DNA of 64,000 nucleotides, taken from NCBI RefSeq assembly GCF_009914755.1, contig NC_060947.1, one strand, 5' to 3'. Shown here one piece after another: positions 1 through 12,230 of this stretch; the stretch's first letter is position 1; every line of letters starts with the position of its first letter. The stretch comes from the human T2T-CHM13v2.0 reference genome, Homo sapiens. The notes under the pieces were generated by a model. It was not told where the DNA came from, ran no database searches, and saw only the letters and a program-made list of their open reading frames with translations. A program made the translations under genes and the position numbers.

Positions 1-492
1 GGATAATTGGCTCACGCAATTATGACAGCTGGAAAGTCCCTCGACAGGTTGTCTGCAAGCAGGAGACCCTGAGATTCTCGTACCATGGCTCAGTCCAAGT
101 CCAAAAACCTCAGAACCAAGGAAGTCAGTGTTGTAACTCTCAATCCAAGGCCAAAGGCCTGAGAAACTGGGAGGCCACTAGTATAAGCCCTAGAGTCCTA
201 AGGCCAGACAGCTTGGAGTTCTTGTGTCCAAAGGCAGGAGGAGGAGAGTGTCTCAGGTCCAGAATAAAAAGGAAATCCTTTTTTTCCTTTTTTGTTCCAT
301 GGAGAGTGGGAGGCTGGACCCAGCCGGTTGTATGGTGCCCATTCACACTGATGGCAGATCTTCCCCACTTAGTTCACTGATTCACATGCCAATCTCCTCT
401 GGAAACACTCTCACAGACAAACTCAGAAGTAATCCTTTACCAGTTCTCTAGGTATCCCTTAATCCAGTTGACAACCAAAATTAACCATCACA
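1..492 (-). mobile_element. MLT2 (ERVL) LTR, cut by window edge
   Basis: Ends GTTGACAACCAAAATTAACCATCACA, the reverse complement of the MLT2 start TGTGATGGTTAATTTT; homologous to the copy at 45176. Confidence 0.85.
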
Positions 493-499
493 CATGTAT

Positions 500-680
500 T
501 ATTTGAATTCATCAATAACCCAACTCTATGAAGTAAGTGTTTTCATCATCTGCAATTTACGTATAAGGAAACCAAGGCATTGAGAAGTTTATTTACTTGC
601 CCAAGGACACACAGCCCATAAATAACAAAGGGAGGATCTCAGCCTGTAGGACTTCAAAGCTAGTGCCACTAACCACTTTG
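500..680 (-). mobile_element. MIR fragment
   Basis: Core AAGGAAACCAAGGC...TTACTTGCCCAAGGACACACAGC. Confidence 0.7.
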
Positions 681-1287
681 CAGTCCTGTCCCCAATTTAC
701 CTCTTTACAAATACAAAAGTCTGGGACCTGACTGAGTAATGATTTTCCAGTTTCTCCTTGATTTTATTTGTTCTCTGGGGCAAACAGCCAGCTTCTCCTT
801 TAATCTGTCCTCGGAGTAAGGTTTTCTTGAATTGTTCATGGGAACTAGGGTTGAACTAGCTTCCAGGATACAAAACAGAGATTGTGGAACTCTAGGTGTG
901 AAAAGTCACTAGACTTCAGACACACTGAATTCAATGACCAAATAAAATTGAAAGGAAAAAAATACCTTAACCCCCTTCCTCCTGCCTCCAATGTTAGCTT
1001 CTATAAGACCTAAGATTTTTGGTCTTAGGGTTCAGTTTCCCAGCAAATGCTCCTTTGGAGTGGGGCATATGTAGTGTAGCAAGAGGTTTCATACTCTTCT
1101 GTGAGAGGGTCCAGGTTAATTTCTGAGAGTCCAAGCTGCTTGGAGTTGAGCCCCTGAGGAACAGTCTTCTGGAGTTGCACAGTTTGCAATTCATCCTGGA
1201 AGTCTGACATGTAAGTCCAATAAATGGCAGGCCTTTGCTGAGTGTGGGATCCTGAGAGACCAGTGCCTGGGAACCCCTTCCTCCCAA

Positions 1288-1800
1288 TTCATTCATTCAC
1301 CAAATATTTATTAAGCACCAGATGATGCAGAACAAGGCGAGTAAGATTCTTGATTATAGAATTCCGAATCCTCATTGGAAAACGTAGACAAATAAATAGA
1401 ATTCTAAAAGTGTGATCAATGCTAAAGGAATACAAATACAGCCCCTCATCCAACTATTCTCAGAATTTCTCCCTACTTTCAAAATGTTCCACAATGACTA
1501 TGCATTCCTATATTCATTCGTCCATTCATTCTTTTAGCAAATGATTATTTACTGACAATTGGGTCTGTGCTGGGCACTGAAAGTAGGAGGGAGAGGAAGA
1601 GCAGCCTTCAAAGAACTCGATGTTCAGGCCAAGAAATCATTAAATGATGAGACAATGACAATTCCTGTTGGGAGAGACATAGGCTTCAGTAGGCACAGAG
1701 AAGGACCCTCCGTCTTGTCTGGAGGAAAGTCAGAGAGGGCAAACAAGACTTTGAAGGCTTTCTAGAAGAAGTGGCTTTGAAGCTGTGAGGGGAAGCTTGT
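1288..1800 (-). mobile_element. L2 3' fragments
   Basis: TTCATTCATTCACCAAATATTTATTAAGCACC tail at ~1288 and a second similar tail at ~1513. Confidence 0.65.
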
Positions 1801-2209
1801 CAGAAAACAGGGTACTTAGGCTTTCCCCAAACCCAGAGGCCTCATGATGAGACAGCAGGTAGAATGAGGGCCACTAGAACTTTGAGACTCAGGAAATATG
1901 TGGTCCCAGGAGTCAGGGATGCAGTCCAACCAATGGAGACTGAATGGCAGCTTGATCTCAGGGAGTATCCTGTGACTAAATCTTGAAAAGCAGGCTAAGT
2001 GGAGAGCACCCTAGGCTCCCATTGCAGAGTACTGATCTACGATGCCCTGTTTCTCACAACCAGCCAGCAATCTCGAAAGTGTGCCAAATACACCTGAAGG
2101 AATCAAAATGTGCTAGTTACTTCAAGTAGTCACGGGATTCCTCTTATACAGCTGGTGAGACATAAGCAGCTCTTGTTCCTGCTCAAAAGAGTCCTACAGT
2201 GGAGATTTT

Positions 2210-2211
<2 letters not shown>

Positions 2212-2249
<38 letters not shown>
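2212..2249. repeat. (CA)n microsatellite
   Basis: Uninterrupted run of about 19 AC units. Confidence 0.97.
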
Positions 2250-2251
<2 letters not shown>

Positions 2252-2719
2252 TTTGCTAAGCTTATTTATCTCTGCTGATACTGCTTGCAGAGGCCTGTGC
2301 AACTTTCTAAGGGCAGCTACTGGCCAGATCTCAGGTTGGTGACCATAATTGCCATGGCCTTGGCAGCTAGCCAAAAAGCCAAAATCACAAAATGTGTGGC
2401 TTTAAGGACAATTACTAGAAATACTGACATATTGCATTTAAAAGATGTTAAGGAGCCTCCAAAGACATTTGTTTGAGCCTGCTGTGGATTTCCTAGTGCA
2501 TCAGTTTACAGCTGCTCCTAGCTTAACCTCTTTGGGCCCTCAAGCTAGCTGTGGCCAACACCATGGGGTTGTTCTTCCCAGAGTCTAAAGTGAGGGCCCC
2601 AGCACTCTGCTGTCCTATCACACTGGAGCTGCAGAAGGAAGGGGTCTGGAGAGGGAAATGATATTCCTGAATTTCACCTCAAGAACCCAACACTGGAGCA
2701 CTCACGAAATTCAGTTTTG

Positions 2720-2910
2720 CATTATGCAAAGCACACAGGCAGACCTGGTAGATTCCAGCTGGACTACTTTCCACCGTGTGACCTTGAGCATGTCCCACAA
2801 CCTCTCTGAGCCTCAGCTTCCTCTTCTTTAAAATGAGAATAAGTCAGCCTCGAAAGGTCACTGGGATGGTTAAATAAGATGATAGTTGTAAAATCACACT
2901 GTATGTAAAC
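2720..2910 (+). mobile_element. MIR
   Basis: TGTGACCTTGAGC...CTCTGAGCCTCAGCTTCCTC...TAAAATGAGAATAA core. Confidence 0.75.
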
Positions 2911-3446
2911 CGACAAATCATCATATAAATATTTCTGTTGCTATTTTTCCCTCTGCTCAAAGGAAAGACCTAGGAAAGAGTAGCCAGTTGGTTACCTACT
3001 CATGGTAGAGGTGGCAGCAGAAAGAGTTAGAGGGAGAAATTAGGAAAGGGCCCTTAGCAGAAAAGAGGCTTGCCTGGCAGAACTGGGTAACTGGCAAAGC
3101 AGACTTCAGGAAACATGATCTTCTTGTGTCCTTAGGTGGAGTGTGCCCTTCAGCTTGTCCTCCACTCTGATTTTCCTGGGTTGCCTTTTGAGACTGCCCA
3201 AGTGTCCATGACAGCCAGTGCCTGAGATAGCTTCTCTGTATTTATTATTCAGGATTGCTTTTCTCCAAGATTGCAGCATGTGGGATGGGTATCTATCTTT
3301 AATCTCATGCCATGCCTATAGGGAAGAACAATTATGATTAGCCTCATTTTGCAGATAAAGAAATTGAAGCCCAGAGAGGTTCAAAGACATGCTCAACACA
3401 GTCAATGGTATTTACCTTTCAGTATCCTAATCGATTCTCAAAACAT

Positions 3447-4335
3447 ATTTATTCAATAAACAAATATTTCTTCAACACCTATAAAATGCCATACGTTGTT
3501 CTAGGGGCTGGGGATACAAGGGTTAACAACAACAACAACAACAGCAGCAAGATTCCTGCCCTCAGGGAGCTTACATTCTAGAGAGGGTTAAAACAAATTA
3601 ACTTGCAAAGAAATTAATTAACAAGTTAATTTCCCATAGAGGTAAGTGCTGGAAAGACAATAAAAGAGGAAAGACTTTCTGAGAAGGGAAGATTGAGCTG
3701 CAACCACCTGATGGATTAGAAAGAAGAGTTTCCAGGCAGAGGGAGCAGCAAGTTCACAAGCTCTAAGGCAGAATGGGACTCCCCATGATGGGGAAATGCT
3801 CAAAGGACCCTGTGACTGGAGGGTCCTGAATGATGAGGAAAACATGGAAGGAGATGAGGTTCAAAGAGGTTGGCAAGGACCAGATGTGGAGGGCATTATA
3901 GATCAGGGTAGAAGGTTTGGATTTGATTCTCAGTGCCTTGGGAAATTATGGAGAGCTAGTGGGAAATGAGAGGATCTGTCACAAAGGTGAGGAATGGACC
4001 AGAGAGAGCAAGAGTGGCAAGAAGCAGGGAGACTGGTCAAGAAGCCATTGCAGTGAGTTCAGACACGAAAGGACTGGGGCTGGGACTAAAGCTGTGGCAC
4101 TGAAGGTGGATGGGGCAGGCAGATTCAGGGTTTGCTGATGGATTGGATATGGGGGTGGTACAAAGAGAGCGATCAAGGATGTGAGGAACCGTGGGTGGTG
4201 GAGCCATTACTGAGAAGGAGAAAACTGGGGAAGAAGTAGGTTGAGGAGGTAGGGGTAGGGGCGGTGGTATGGAAACCCATGAGTTTGCTATAAACCATGG
4301 TAAGTTTGAGATTTCTATTCTAGGCACTGAGGAAG
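3447..4335 (-). mobile_element. L2 (L2a/b-like)
   Basis: ATTCAATAAACAAATATTT tail, CCTGCCCTCAGGGAGCTTACATTCTAG, followed by purine-rich L2 body. Confidence 0.75.
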
Positions 4336-5069
4336 AAATGATGGACAAAAATTGACCCAGTCCCTGTCCTCATTCCAGCTGTTCTGTGGCTGATGGTTGC
4401 AACATACATCTCCAAAAGAGAGTCTTAAATGGGGTTTGTGGATGTGTTTGAGGAGAGTCTGTAGATCCCACCCCCTAAATTCTGTTTCCAGATGTTCCTC
4501 TTCCTGAATCCTTTTGAGGATGTGATACAAACTATTGATCTTCCTGGAAACATACACGCAAGCACACAACTCACAGAATTATCAGATCCTTGAAGGCACC
4601 CTGGTATCCTCAGGGCTCAGCACAGTGCTTGGTGCACCACAAATGTTCAGCGACTATCTGTTGACTGGATGAATGATGCTCCCTGTCTCACCATTATATG
4701 CCAGTAGCACACTCAAAGCTGTGCACATCTGGCCCCAGACTACTTCTTCAGCCTTACCTTCAGCTTTCTCGATAAGGGTCTTCACCTCTGGTGAAAGATG
4801 TCAGCTCACTATCCCCCACACAGATTGTGTCCTTATCTGGCCTTCACCCCTTCCCTGGTCTCAGGTGATTCCACTCCCTCTTGTATAGTTTAAATTCTAA
4901 TACTATTGAGCTACATGCAGATTGCTGCACTGACTCAGCTCCATGCCTTTGCTCATTCAGTCCTTTCCCCCAGAAGGACATCCCCTTCATTTATTGCCCT
5001 TATTGCTTAACTAACCTCTAATCATACATTCTATCTCGGTGCCTTCCCTGGTTAGACTCCAGAGAATCA

Positions 5070-5590
5070 GTAATGAAGAATACATACCTGGTCCGTGCCC
5101 TCCTTGAACTTATGGTCTAGCAAGAAATACAGACATCTAACACTTAATGACGACACATTGGATAAACGCCTTGAAGGAGAAGGGTAGGGTGCTATGGGAA
5201 GGTACAACTGGGGGATCTAATTTAATCAGCAGTGGTGAGGAGGCTACGTCGGAGAAGATTTCTTGGGACAAGAGATCTTTACATTGAGAACTGAAAGAGA
5301 AGGAGCAAGTGCAGTGGAGAGAAAGGAAGGAGAGAGTGTGTCTGGCGGAGGAGATAGCATGTGCAAGGACCTGGGGTGGCAGGCCTTGGAGTAAAAGAGG
5401 TGAGAAAGCGGGAGGGCCTTGTAGGTTAGAGTAAAGGACTTGGGTGGCATTGATTGGTCTGAAGTGGGACAGTGACATGATCAGATTTATATTTGAGAAA
5501 GGGCACTTTGCTGAGTACAGCATGAGTCGGGGGTGGAGGAGCCAAGAGAGGAGACCAGGAAGCCATGTACCTGTTGTAACCATCACAGGG
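5070..5590 (-). mobile_element. L2
   Basis: GTGCCCTCCTTGAACTTATGGTCTAG and AGTGACATGATCAGATTTATATTT L2 motifs. Confidence 0.7.
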
Positions 5591-5816
5591 GGAATGTTGC
5601 AGTGCTGTGGTCAGGTTGCTGGGCAGGAGGAACAACTTGTCCACTTCTTTCCTCCCACTCTCAATGCTATGCCCATTTGAAACCATGGTCATTTATACCA
5701 ACAGAAGGTGGCTTGTTTTCCTCTCCTAGGAGACAAAGATTCATCCTTTCTTTACTGTATCCCATCCTTGCAATATAGGTCATCCAGGATATCTGATAGA
5801 GAAGAGAATGTGATCA

Positions 5817-6143
5817 ACTGGGTGTGGTGGCTCACGCCTGTAATCCCAGCACTTTGGAGGTTGAGGTGGGAGGATTGCTGGAGGCCAGGAGTTCAAGACC
5901 AACCTGAGCAACATAGCAAGACCTCATTTCTACAAAAAATGGGAAAAAAATTAGCCAGGCATGGTGGCGTGCCCCTGTAGTCCCAACCACTTGGGAGGCT
6001 GGGGCAGGAGGATCACTTGAGCCTAGGAGGTTAAGGCTGTTGTGAGCCTTGATTGTGCCTGCACTCCAGACTGGGAGACAGAGTGAGAACCTGTCTCTAA
6101 AAATAAATGAATAAATAGATAAATAAATAAAAAGAAAAAATAA
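5817..6143 (+). mobile_element. AluJ
   Basis: Dimeric Alu with J-type positions; TSD AAGAGAATGTG at 5802-5812 and 6144-6154. Confidence 0.9.
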
Positions 6144-6699
6144 AAGAGAATGTGTCTTTGGTCCATAAAAAAAAGACATCTGTTTAGATCACAACTTTCT
6201 GAGCCCTCTAAGCCTGTTCTATACCGTGATACTCCAAATTGCTCTGTAAGCATTTACCGCCATCAGTGACGAGTGGCAGGGTTTGCAAGTCCCAATTCTT
6301 GGGCCACACTTCTATCAGCCTGACAGAAGGCAGAGAAATGTGATGCTTGCAAGTTCAGAGTGAGGGTTGGAAGGGTGAGGTGAAGTGATGGAGTGGGCTG
6401 GGGAGCTTGGATCTTCTTAAGTTGACTCAAGTTAACACAAAGGATTTCTCTCAAGACTGGGATATAGGAAGAATGTAGCATTTGATTCTAGTTTATAATT
6501 AACTCATGGAGTAGTAATGGGGTAGATAGACTTTGGAGATAATGATGCTTTCAAAGTCCCTCCTGTGGTCTCCTGCTTTAGGATTTATTAGTATCCAAAG
6601 GTTGGAAGCACTGGCCAGAACGTGCTCAGGGCATTGGAAATACTTCTTGGCATCACATCCTTCTACCTGCATCGCATAGGTTTGAATGCATTCTCAAGA

Positions 6700-6880
6700 G
6701 TCAGACTGCCTGAATCCAAAACCTGACATTGCCACTTAGTTGTGTGATCTCGAGTAACTCACTTAAACTCTCTGAGACTCAGTTTCCCCTCTTGAAAATC
6801 GAAATGCTCATGTCACCCACTTCACAGGATTGTTCGAGGGTAAAAAGGTATGGTACATGTCAAGTACCTGATACATGATG
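6700..6880 (+). mobile_element. MIR
   Basis: GAGTCAGACTGCCTG...CTCTGAGACTCAGTTTCCC core. Confidence 0.75.
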
Positions 6881-8184
6881 TTAGTAGTTAGCAGTTAGGG
6901 AATACCTACTGTTACCTGTAACTAAACCATCTGGCAATTCAGACTCCCTCCCCATCCCCAAGCAATTGTTATCTTACTTCTTACTGCTACAAACAAATAA
7001 TTCTAGAAACTTCCTTATATTCTCTGAAAAAGCATAGTTTCAAACAAGACTAGCCTAAAAACCAATACTTGGAGCTTTGAAATAATTCATTTGTTTTCTA
7101 ATGTGATTGATTTAGTTCAGTAATAAGTAGCTGTAACCTAAGTAAACACAAGAAGGTAGAGAAAAACAGTAAGATCGAATTTTAAAGTTTGTATCATAAT
7201 ACAGAAAAGAAGTAAACATTTTAAAAGACTGAAACATGCAATTGACAATGAAACTAGAAAGCACAGATATTAACAAAGGTTGTGTCTGAATGAAGAGGCC
7301 ATAAGTGTTCTCTTCTTTCTACAGATCTGCATTTTCCAAATTTCCTTTAAGAAACTACTATTACTTATACACATTTTAAAAATCATAATTAAGAAGAAAG
7401 GAAAAATCAGTGCTGTTTCAAATTTCGATCTGAATGTTCATAGCAGTGCAAAATAAGCTAGTTACAGCTTCAAAAAATTAACTAGTTTAATTCATGCTGT
7501 TTGTTCACTGTGAGTTAATTTAATATACTTATCCTAGAAAATAATGCATTATTCAGTTTAATCAATATTCATTTGTTCTTTGCATAATCATATTTGCAGA
7601 AGCATTTATTAATGATGCGCCTACAGACTAACAGGGAAAGGCCATGCCATAAGTAGAGTAAAATTTTTGAAATGAAAAAAAAAAAAACAATGAATTTACC
7701 AACATCAGACAAATGATTGATCCTAATATGCTGCACGTTTTCATTTAAAATGCAGCCAGGAGTCTTTTGTATATGTGTCTTCGTTGGAAGTAGCAATAGA
7801 TACACTGTCAAATTAATGAATATCATGATACTTTGGGAGGAAATTAAATCTGGGTTATTAGTGAGTAGTTGGCATATCGGTGCATGTAACATTTGCTCTT
7901 TCTACATAACCTCAATTGACTGAAACAGTCAATGCTATGGATATTTGCAAATATTTGTTGTGCTGAGAAATACATATTTTTCCATTTTAATCCAGATGCT
8001 TAGCATTATGTAGACACAGACAGAAACTCATGTTGGGCTTTTCAAACATTGTGACTTAAAAGAAAGTCACCTTTTAAGAATAAAGAGAAGTTTCCTGTGA
8101 ATGAATCCCATTTGCATTGTTACAATTTTTCTTTAAGATTTTATTTAGGTTGAGATTTGTATTTTTTATTGATTCATTTCCATA

Positions 8185-8361
8185 AGTAGCCCAGCAAACT
8201 ATGGTTTGCAGTGCAACCCCAGGACCTAGGATGGTGAATTTTTCTTCTTAGTGATGCATGCCTACTTCATAGATGCCCGTTAGTCAGGACCCATCCTTGT
8301 CAATCAGGGGCACTATCTGTTATGCAGAGGAGCCCTTTTCCAGTTGAGGGGAAATTGTATT
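8185..8361 (+). repeat. Local direct duplication, copy A (~177 bp)
   Basis: Aligns end to end with 9946-10121, about 87% identity by eye. Confidence 0.95.
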
Positions 8362-9945
8362 TCATGATATTTGAGAGCTCTAACTTTCCAGAAAAAAAAT
8401 TTAAAAAATAGATGTAGAGTATTTCTGATTAGCCTCCCTAAGACACTCAAGAAAACACATCCTTTGGAGAAATGAGTAATGTTACAATAGTACCTGAATT
8501 TCCATTTTGTTTAGGTTTTTTTTTTAGCTGAAATATAGTTTTAACTATTTTTCTAAATAAAGTAACCAACTAAAGCTATTTTCAGCTGGGTTGGACACTT
8601 CCAGAAAAATATATCTTAGGCAGAGTATCAGGGAGGCTAGTGTAAACCCTCCGGAGGGATATAGTATATTATTTTAACTTCCAGGTGGGGAACTAACCCT
8701 GAAGAAATTCACATGTTTATTCTCATGAAATACAACTTAAATATCACTTTGTTTTTATCCTAGGAGAAGTGTTGAAAGCCTTAAACTCCATTATTATTCA
8801 GAAATAACTATATGAACATGCCCACTACTATGATAATACCCAACGAATGGGGACCAAATGAGAGGGAAAAGTAATAGTAAGAAAACTTCAATTGTAAGAA
8901 TGTTCACTGATACTTTCCAAATACAGGTGGATCCCACTTAAGTGGGATCTATAACTCATTATGTAGGATATACCCAGAGAAGTTAAAATTTATGGTAATT
9001 ATCTTTCAGCTAGCATCCAATGCCTCAACTATGCAGAAAGATAAGATGTTTTCTCCATACTGAACTTAAAAGGGCATTGAGAAAACATTGCAACTACTGA
9101 CAGCCTTGAACAGGATGATTAAATGAATAAACAGTTCAGAGATTTACTATATGATAAACCCTTTCACAGAAGGGGCAGCTAAATGCTTTGAGTTTTCAAA
9201 GAAAATATTTATATAGGGAAAGGTGAGCAATGGAATACATTTAACAACTGAGGCAACACACAGGATGCGCCTTCTCCTTCAGATGTAATCAGAGCAGTAT
9301 TTCTAATCGTTTACTATGAAAGAATGCTTTAACTTGAAATATGTGATTTTTGAAAGCCTTGTCACTTTTTATATTGTGGGAAAAAAAAAACTCTGTCACA
9401 TTTTAAAATGTGATTTGTATTTCTTCTTAGTAGCCAGAGAATCCTCATGAAAACAGCTATAACTTTATGACAGAGGTTGTTGAGGGAAATACGGTTTAAT
9501 TTACATAGCCAGACGTCACAGCCAATGTTTCTGGAAGACCTCCATTCAGGAAAGGCAAGCACATCTGTGCCTGAAGTGGCTGGGTCCCAGCAGATTTGGC
9601 TGCTCTCCAAAGGCAGCTGCCAGGCCACATCTCTGTTCAGTGCAGTCAATGCCAGATCAATCATTTTAATCAATTGGCAGGGAGATAATGATTTTTCAAA
9701 GCCTGAGGATCATTTTCAAATATAAACTTAGACACAAGCTTTCCTTAATGCACTGAAGAAAAGTGTTTAAAGTTCCTAAATTCTGTATCTCAGGGACTTC
9801 TCAGTTTGTGATTTTAGAAATGGCCCTTAATATCAGGGATAGTTCCAGAGACTAGCTTGGTTTTCCCCCTCCAGCACAGTCCTAGTAGTGTGTGAAGGAA
9901 AGACTTCATTTGAATATCCTGCTAGAATAGCACAGATACAGGTAC

Positions 9946-10121
9946 AGTAGCGCAGGTAAACAATTGTTTACAGTGCAACCCCAGGTCCCAGCATGGTGAC
10001 TTTTTCTTCTTACAGATGCATGTCTACTTTAGATGCCCATTATTCAGGACCCCTCCTTGTCAATCAGGGGCGCTGTCTCTTATGCAGAGGAGACCTTTTC
10101 CAGTTGAAGGGAAATTGTATT
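9946..10121 (+). repeat. Local direct duplication, copy B (~176 bp)
   Basis: Shares CAGTGCAACCCCAGG, TCCTTGTCAATCAGGGGC, TTATGCAGAGGAG and GGGAAATTGTATT with copy A. Confidence 0.95.
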
Positions 10122-10696
10122 GTGGGAAGTTGCAGAAGGGATCATCTCAAAGAAAAAAGCTCCCACAGGACACAGGCTTAGTTACTCAGGTGCCAGCAAA
10201 CTCACCTAACAATCCATCTGTAGACTCCAGAGGGTCCCAGCAGTAAAAATGAAGCTATGCTGTCATCTACAGAAAGGAATAATAATAATAATAATAATAA
10301 AAACCCTCTCCCAAATCTGAGAGTAAACAATGAGTTTTATAAGGAACCAAAGTAATGTACTCCATGTTGCCTGGAGAAGTTTTAACTTTTTCACACCTAT
10401 GACAGTTTCTTGCCAAACTGAAGAACTGCCATAGTATACTTACATATATACTTTTGTTTAAAAAAGGTATCTTTCAGATTAATTACCTTGTGGTTTAGTA
10501 GTTGCTATGGTGCTATCATTGTATGCAAAGGTAAGGATACAGCTACAGCTGTCTCTGTCTCTTGCCAGTCTCAGTGTAATTGGTTATTTAGCAAGATTTG
10601 GTATTTCCTGCCCCCACTTCACTCCCCTCAATATTGAAATGACATACTTCAATTTATACATTTTTTGCATCTGTATATCTCTAATAAGGCTGCACC

Positions 10697-10970
10697 TTTT
10701 TTTAAGATGAGGATCTCACTATGTTGCTCAGGCTGGACTCAAACTCCTGGGCTTGAGCGATCTTCCCACCTTAGCCTCCCAAGTAGTTGAGACTACAGGC
10801 ATGCACCACTGCACTCAGTTTTGACTATGTTTCTTTTCTTTCTTTCTCTTTAGAGACAGGTTCTTGCTATGTTTAGGCCAGGCTGGTCTCAAACTCCTGG
10901 CCTCAAACGATCCTCCCACCTCAGTCTCCCAAAGGGCTGGGACTATAGGTGTGAGCCATTGTGCCTGGCC
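10697..10970 (-). mobile_element. Two tandem FLAM-like Alu monomers
   Basis: Both units lack the right-arm GCAGTGAGC segment; GGCTGCA flanks both sides (10688-10694, 10972-10978). Confidence 0.8.
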
Positions 10971-11174
10971 TGGCTGCATTTAAGTGGGCTGGCTGTAGTG
11001 CTCAGCTTTGGGAACTGTTGCTTAAAGCACACAGTAATGTGAAGTCGTATAACATTAAACAATGCCGTTCTTAATTTCTTAAACTAGCCTTTTCAAAGGA
11101 GCTGTCTCCAAAATCCTACCAATCTAACAAGAAAAAATATACCTGTGCTCAAATTAAGCCACTCATTTTTCACA

Positions 11175-11525
11175 CTCTTTTTATTGGAAAAAATTTTAAA
11201 ATATACAAAAATAGAGAAAAAAGTATAGTGAAGCCCCATGGAGCCATCACATAGCTTGAACAGTAATTATGATTTTGCCATACTTCTTTCAATTATTCAT
11301 TTGCTACAATTTTCCACTTGCCTAAGACTGCATCATACTAAAGCAAAGGCCAGAGCTGTGCCATTTCAACCCTATGTACTTCAGACACATCTTAAGAAGA
11401 TATAGATATTTTGTTAGATAGGCTGGACGTCATTTTCATAGCTAATCAAATTAACAATGATTCCTTGTCATCATGCAATACCCAGTTCATATTCACATTT
11501 TTCAGATTATCTCAAAAATACAAAC
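11175..11525 (-). mobile_element. Old L1M (MC/ME) 3' fragment
   Basis: TTTTTATTGGAAAAAATTTTAAAATATACAAAAATAGAGA and CAAATTAACAATGATTCCTT resemble old L1M 3' UTR. Confidence 0.6.
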
Positions 11526-12230
11526 CACTCAATATGATCACTCCTCTACAGGAGCAAGTAGGAACATCAGGTTAGAGCTCCTTATCAACTTTTTTATGCA
11601 GAACAACCCTTTGAGTCTATGCCACAGGGCTCCACATTTGGTGATGGCTCAGTCAATGTTTGTCGGATCTGGCCCTTCTCTTATTTGAGGAAAGAAATCA
11701 AAAGTGACATAAGGAAAGGTAGTTTTTTCAGGGCAGCTGCAGCTCTCAAGATTGAAGCTCGAGAAAGCTGCTATTGATTTCTGTAGCCTCCTACCCAAGT
11801 GTGGCAATGCTCCTAGTGAATATTGAAGGCATATTGAAAGGCCACTTTCCTGGCTCTCTCTGTTCTCTGTTCACTGTGTGCATTTGCAGTCAATTGAGAG
11901 GCATGGAATTATTTGGCTGATTAAAGAATCAACTAACCCAAATTGAATGGTTTTGTTGTGTCCTTTTTCATTTGATTCAGCTATAAAAGATTAAGTAAAT
12001 GCATTTCCTCTCCTTCCCAAAGGTGCAAAATCTCGAATGCATGCCAGCTAACTGTTTTCTCCTATGACTAATTGATGTTTTGCACTCACAGCCTTGAAAA
12101 CTAATCTTTTCCATGCCCGGTGCTAGTTGTAATGAGATATATTATGCTGACAGCTTGAACCTTTGCAAAGGTATGGAACTCAGCATGTAAATAATTGTGT
12201 CTGCAATTTTAAAATTTGATATAAATGGTG

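Noticed and set aside
1004-1027. Small hairpin TAAGACC...GGTCTTA
   Set aside because: A 7-bp stem is expected many times by chance.
1025-1210. 61-aa minus-strand ORF with protein-like composition (MSDFQDELQ...)
   Set aside because: No family I recognise, weak acceptor on that strand, and length within chance expectation. A tblastn or PhyloCSF check would settle it.
5137-5586. 149-aa ORF
   Set aside because: Lies within a degenerate L2; no recognisable domain.
5712-5785. Good-looking splice acceptor TTGTTTTCCTCTCCTAG (similar one at 8748-8763)
   Set aside because: No convincing paired donor; isolated acceptors are expected by chance.
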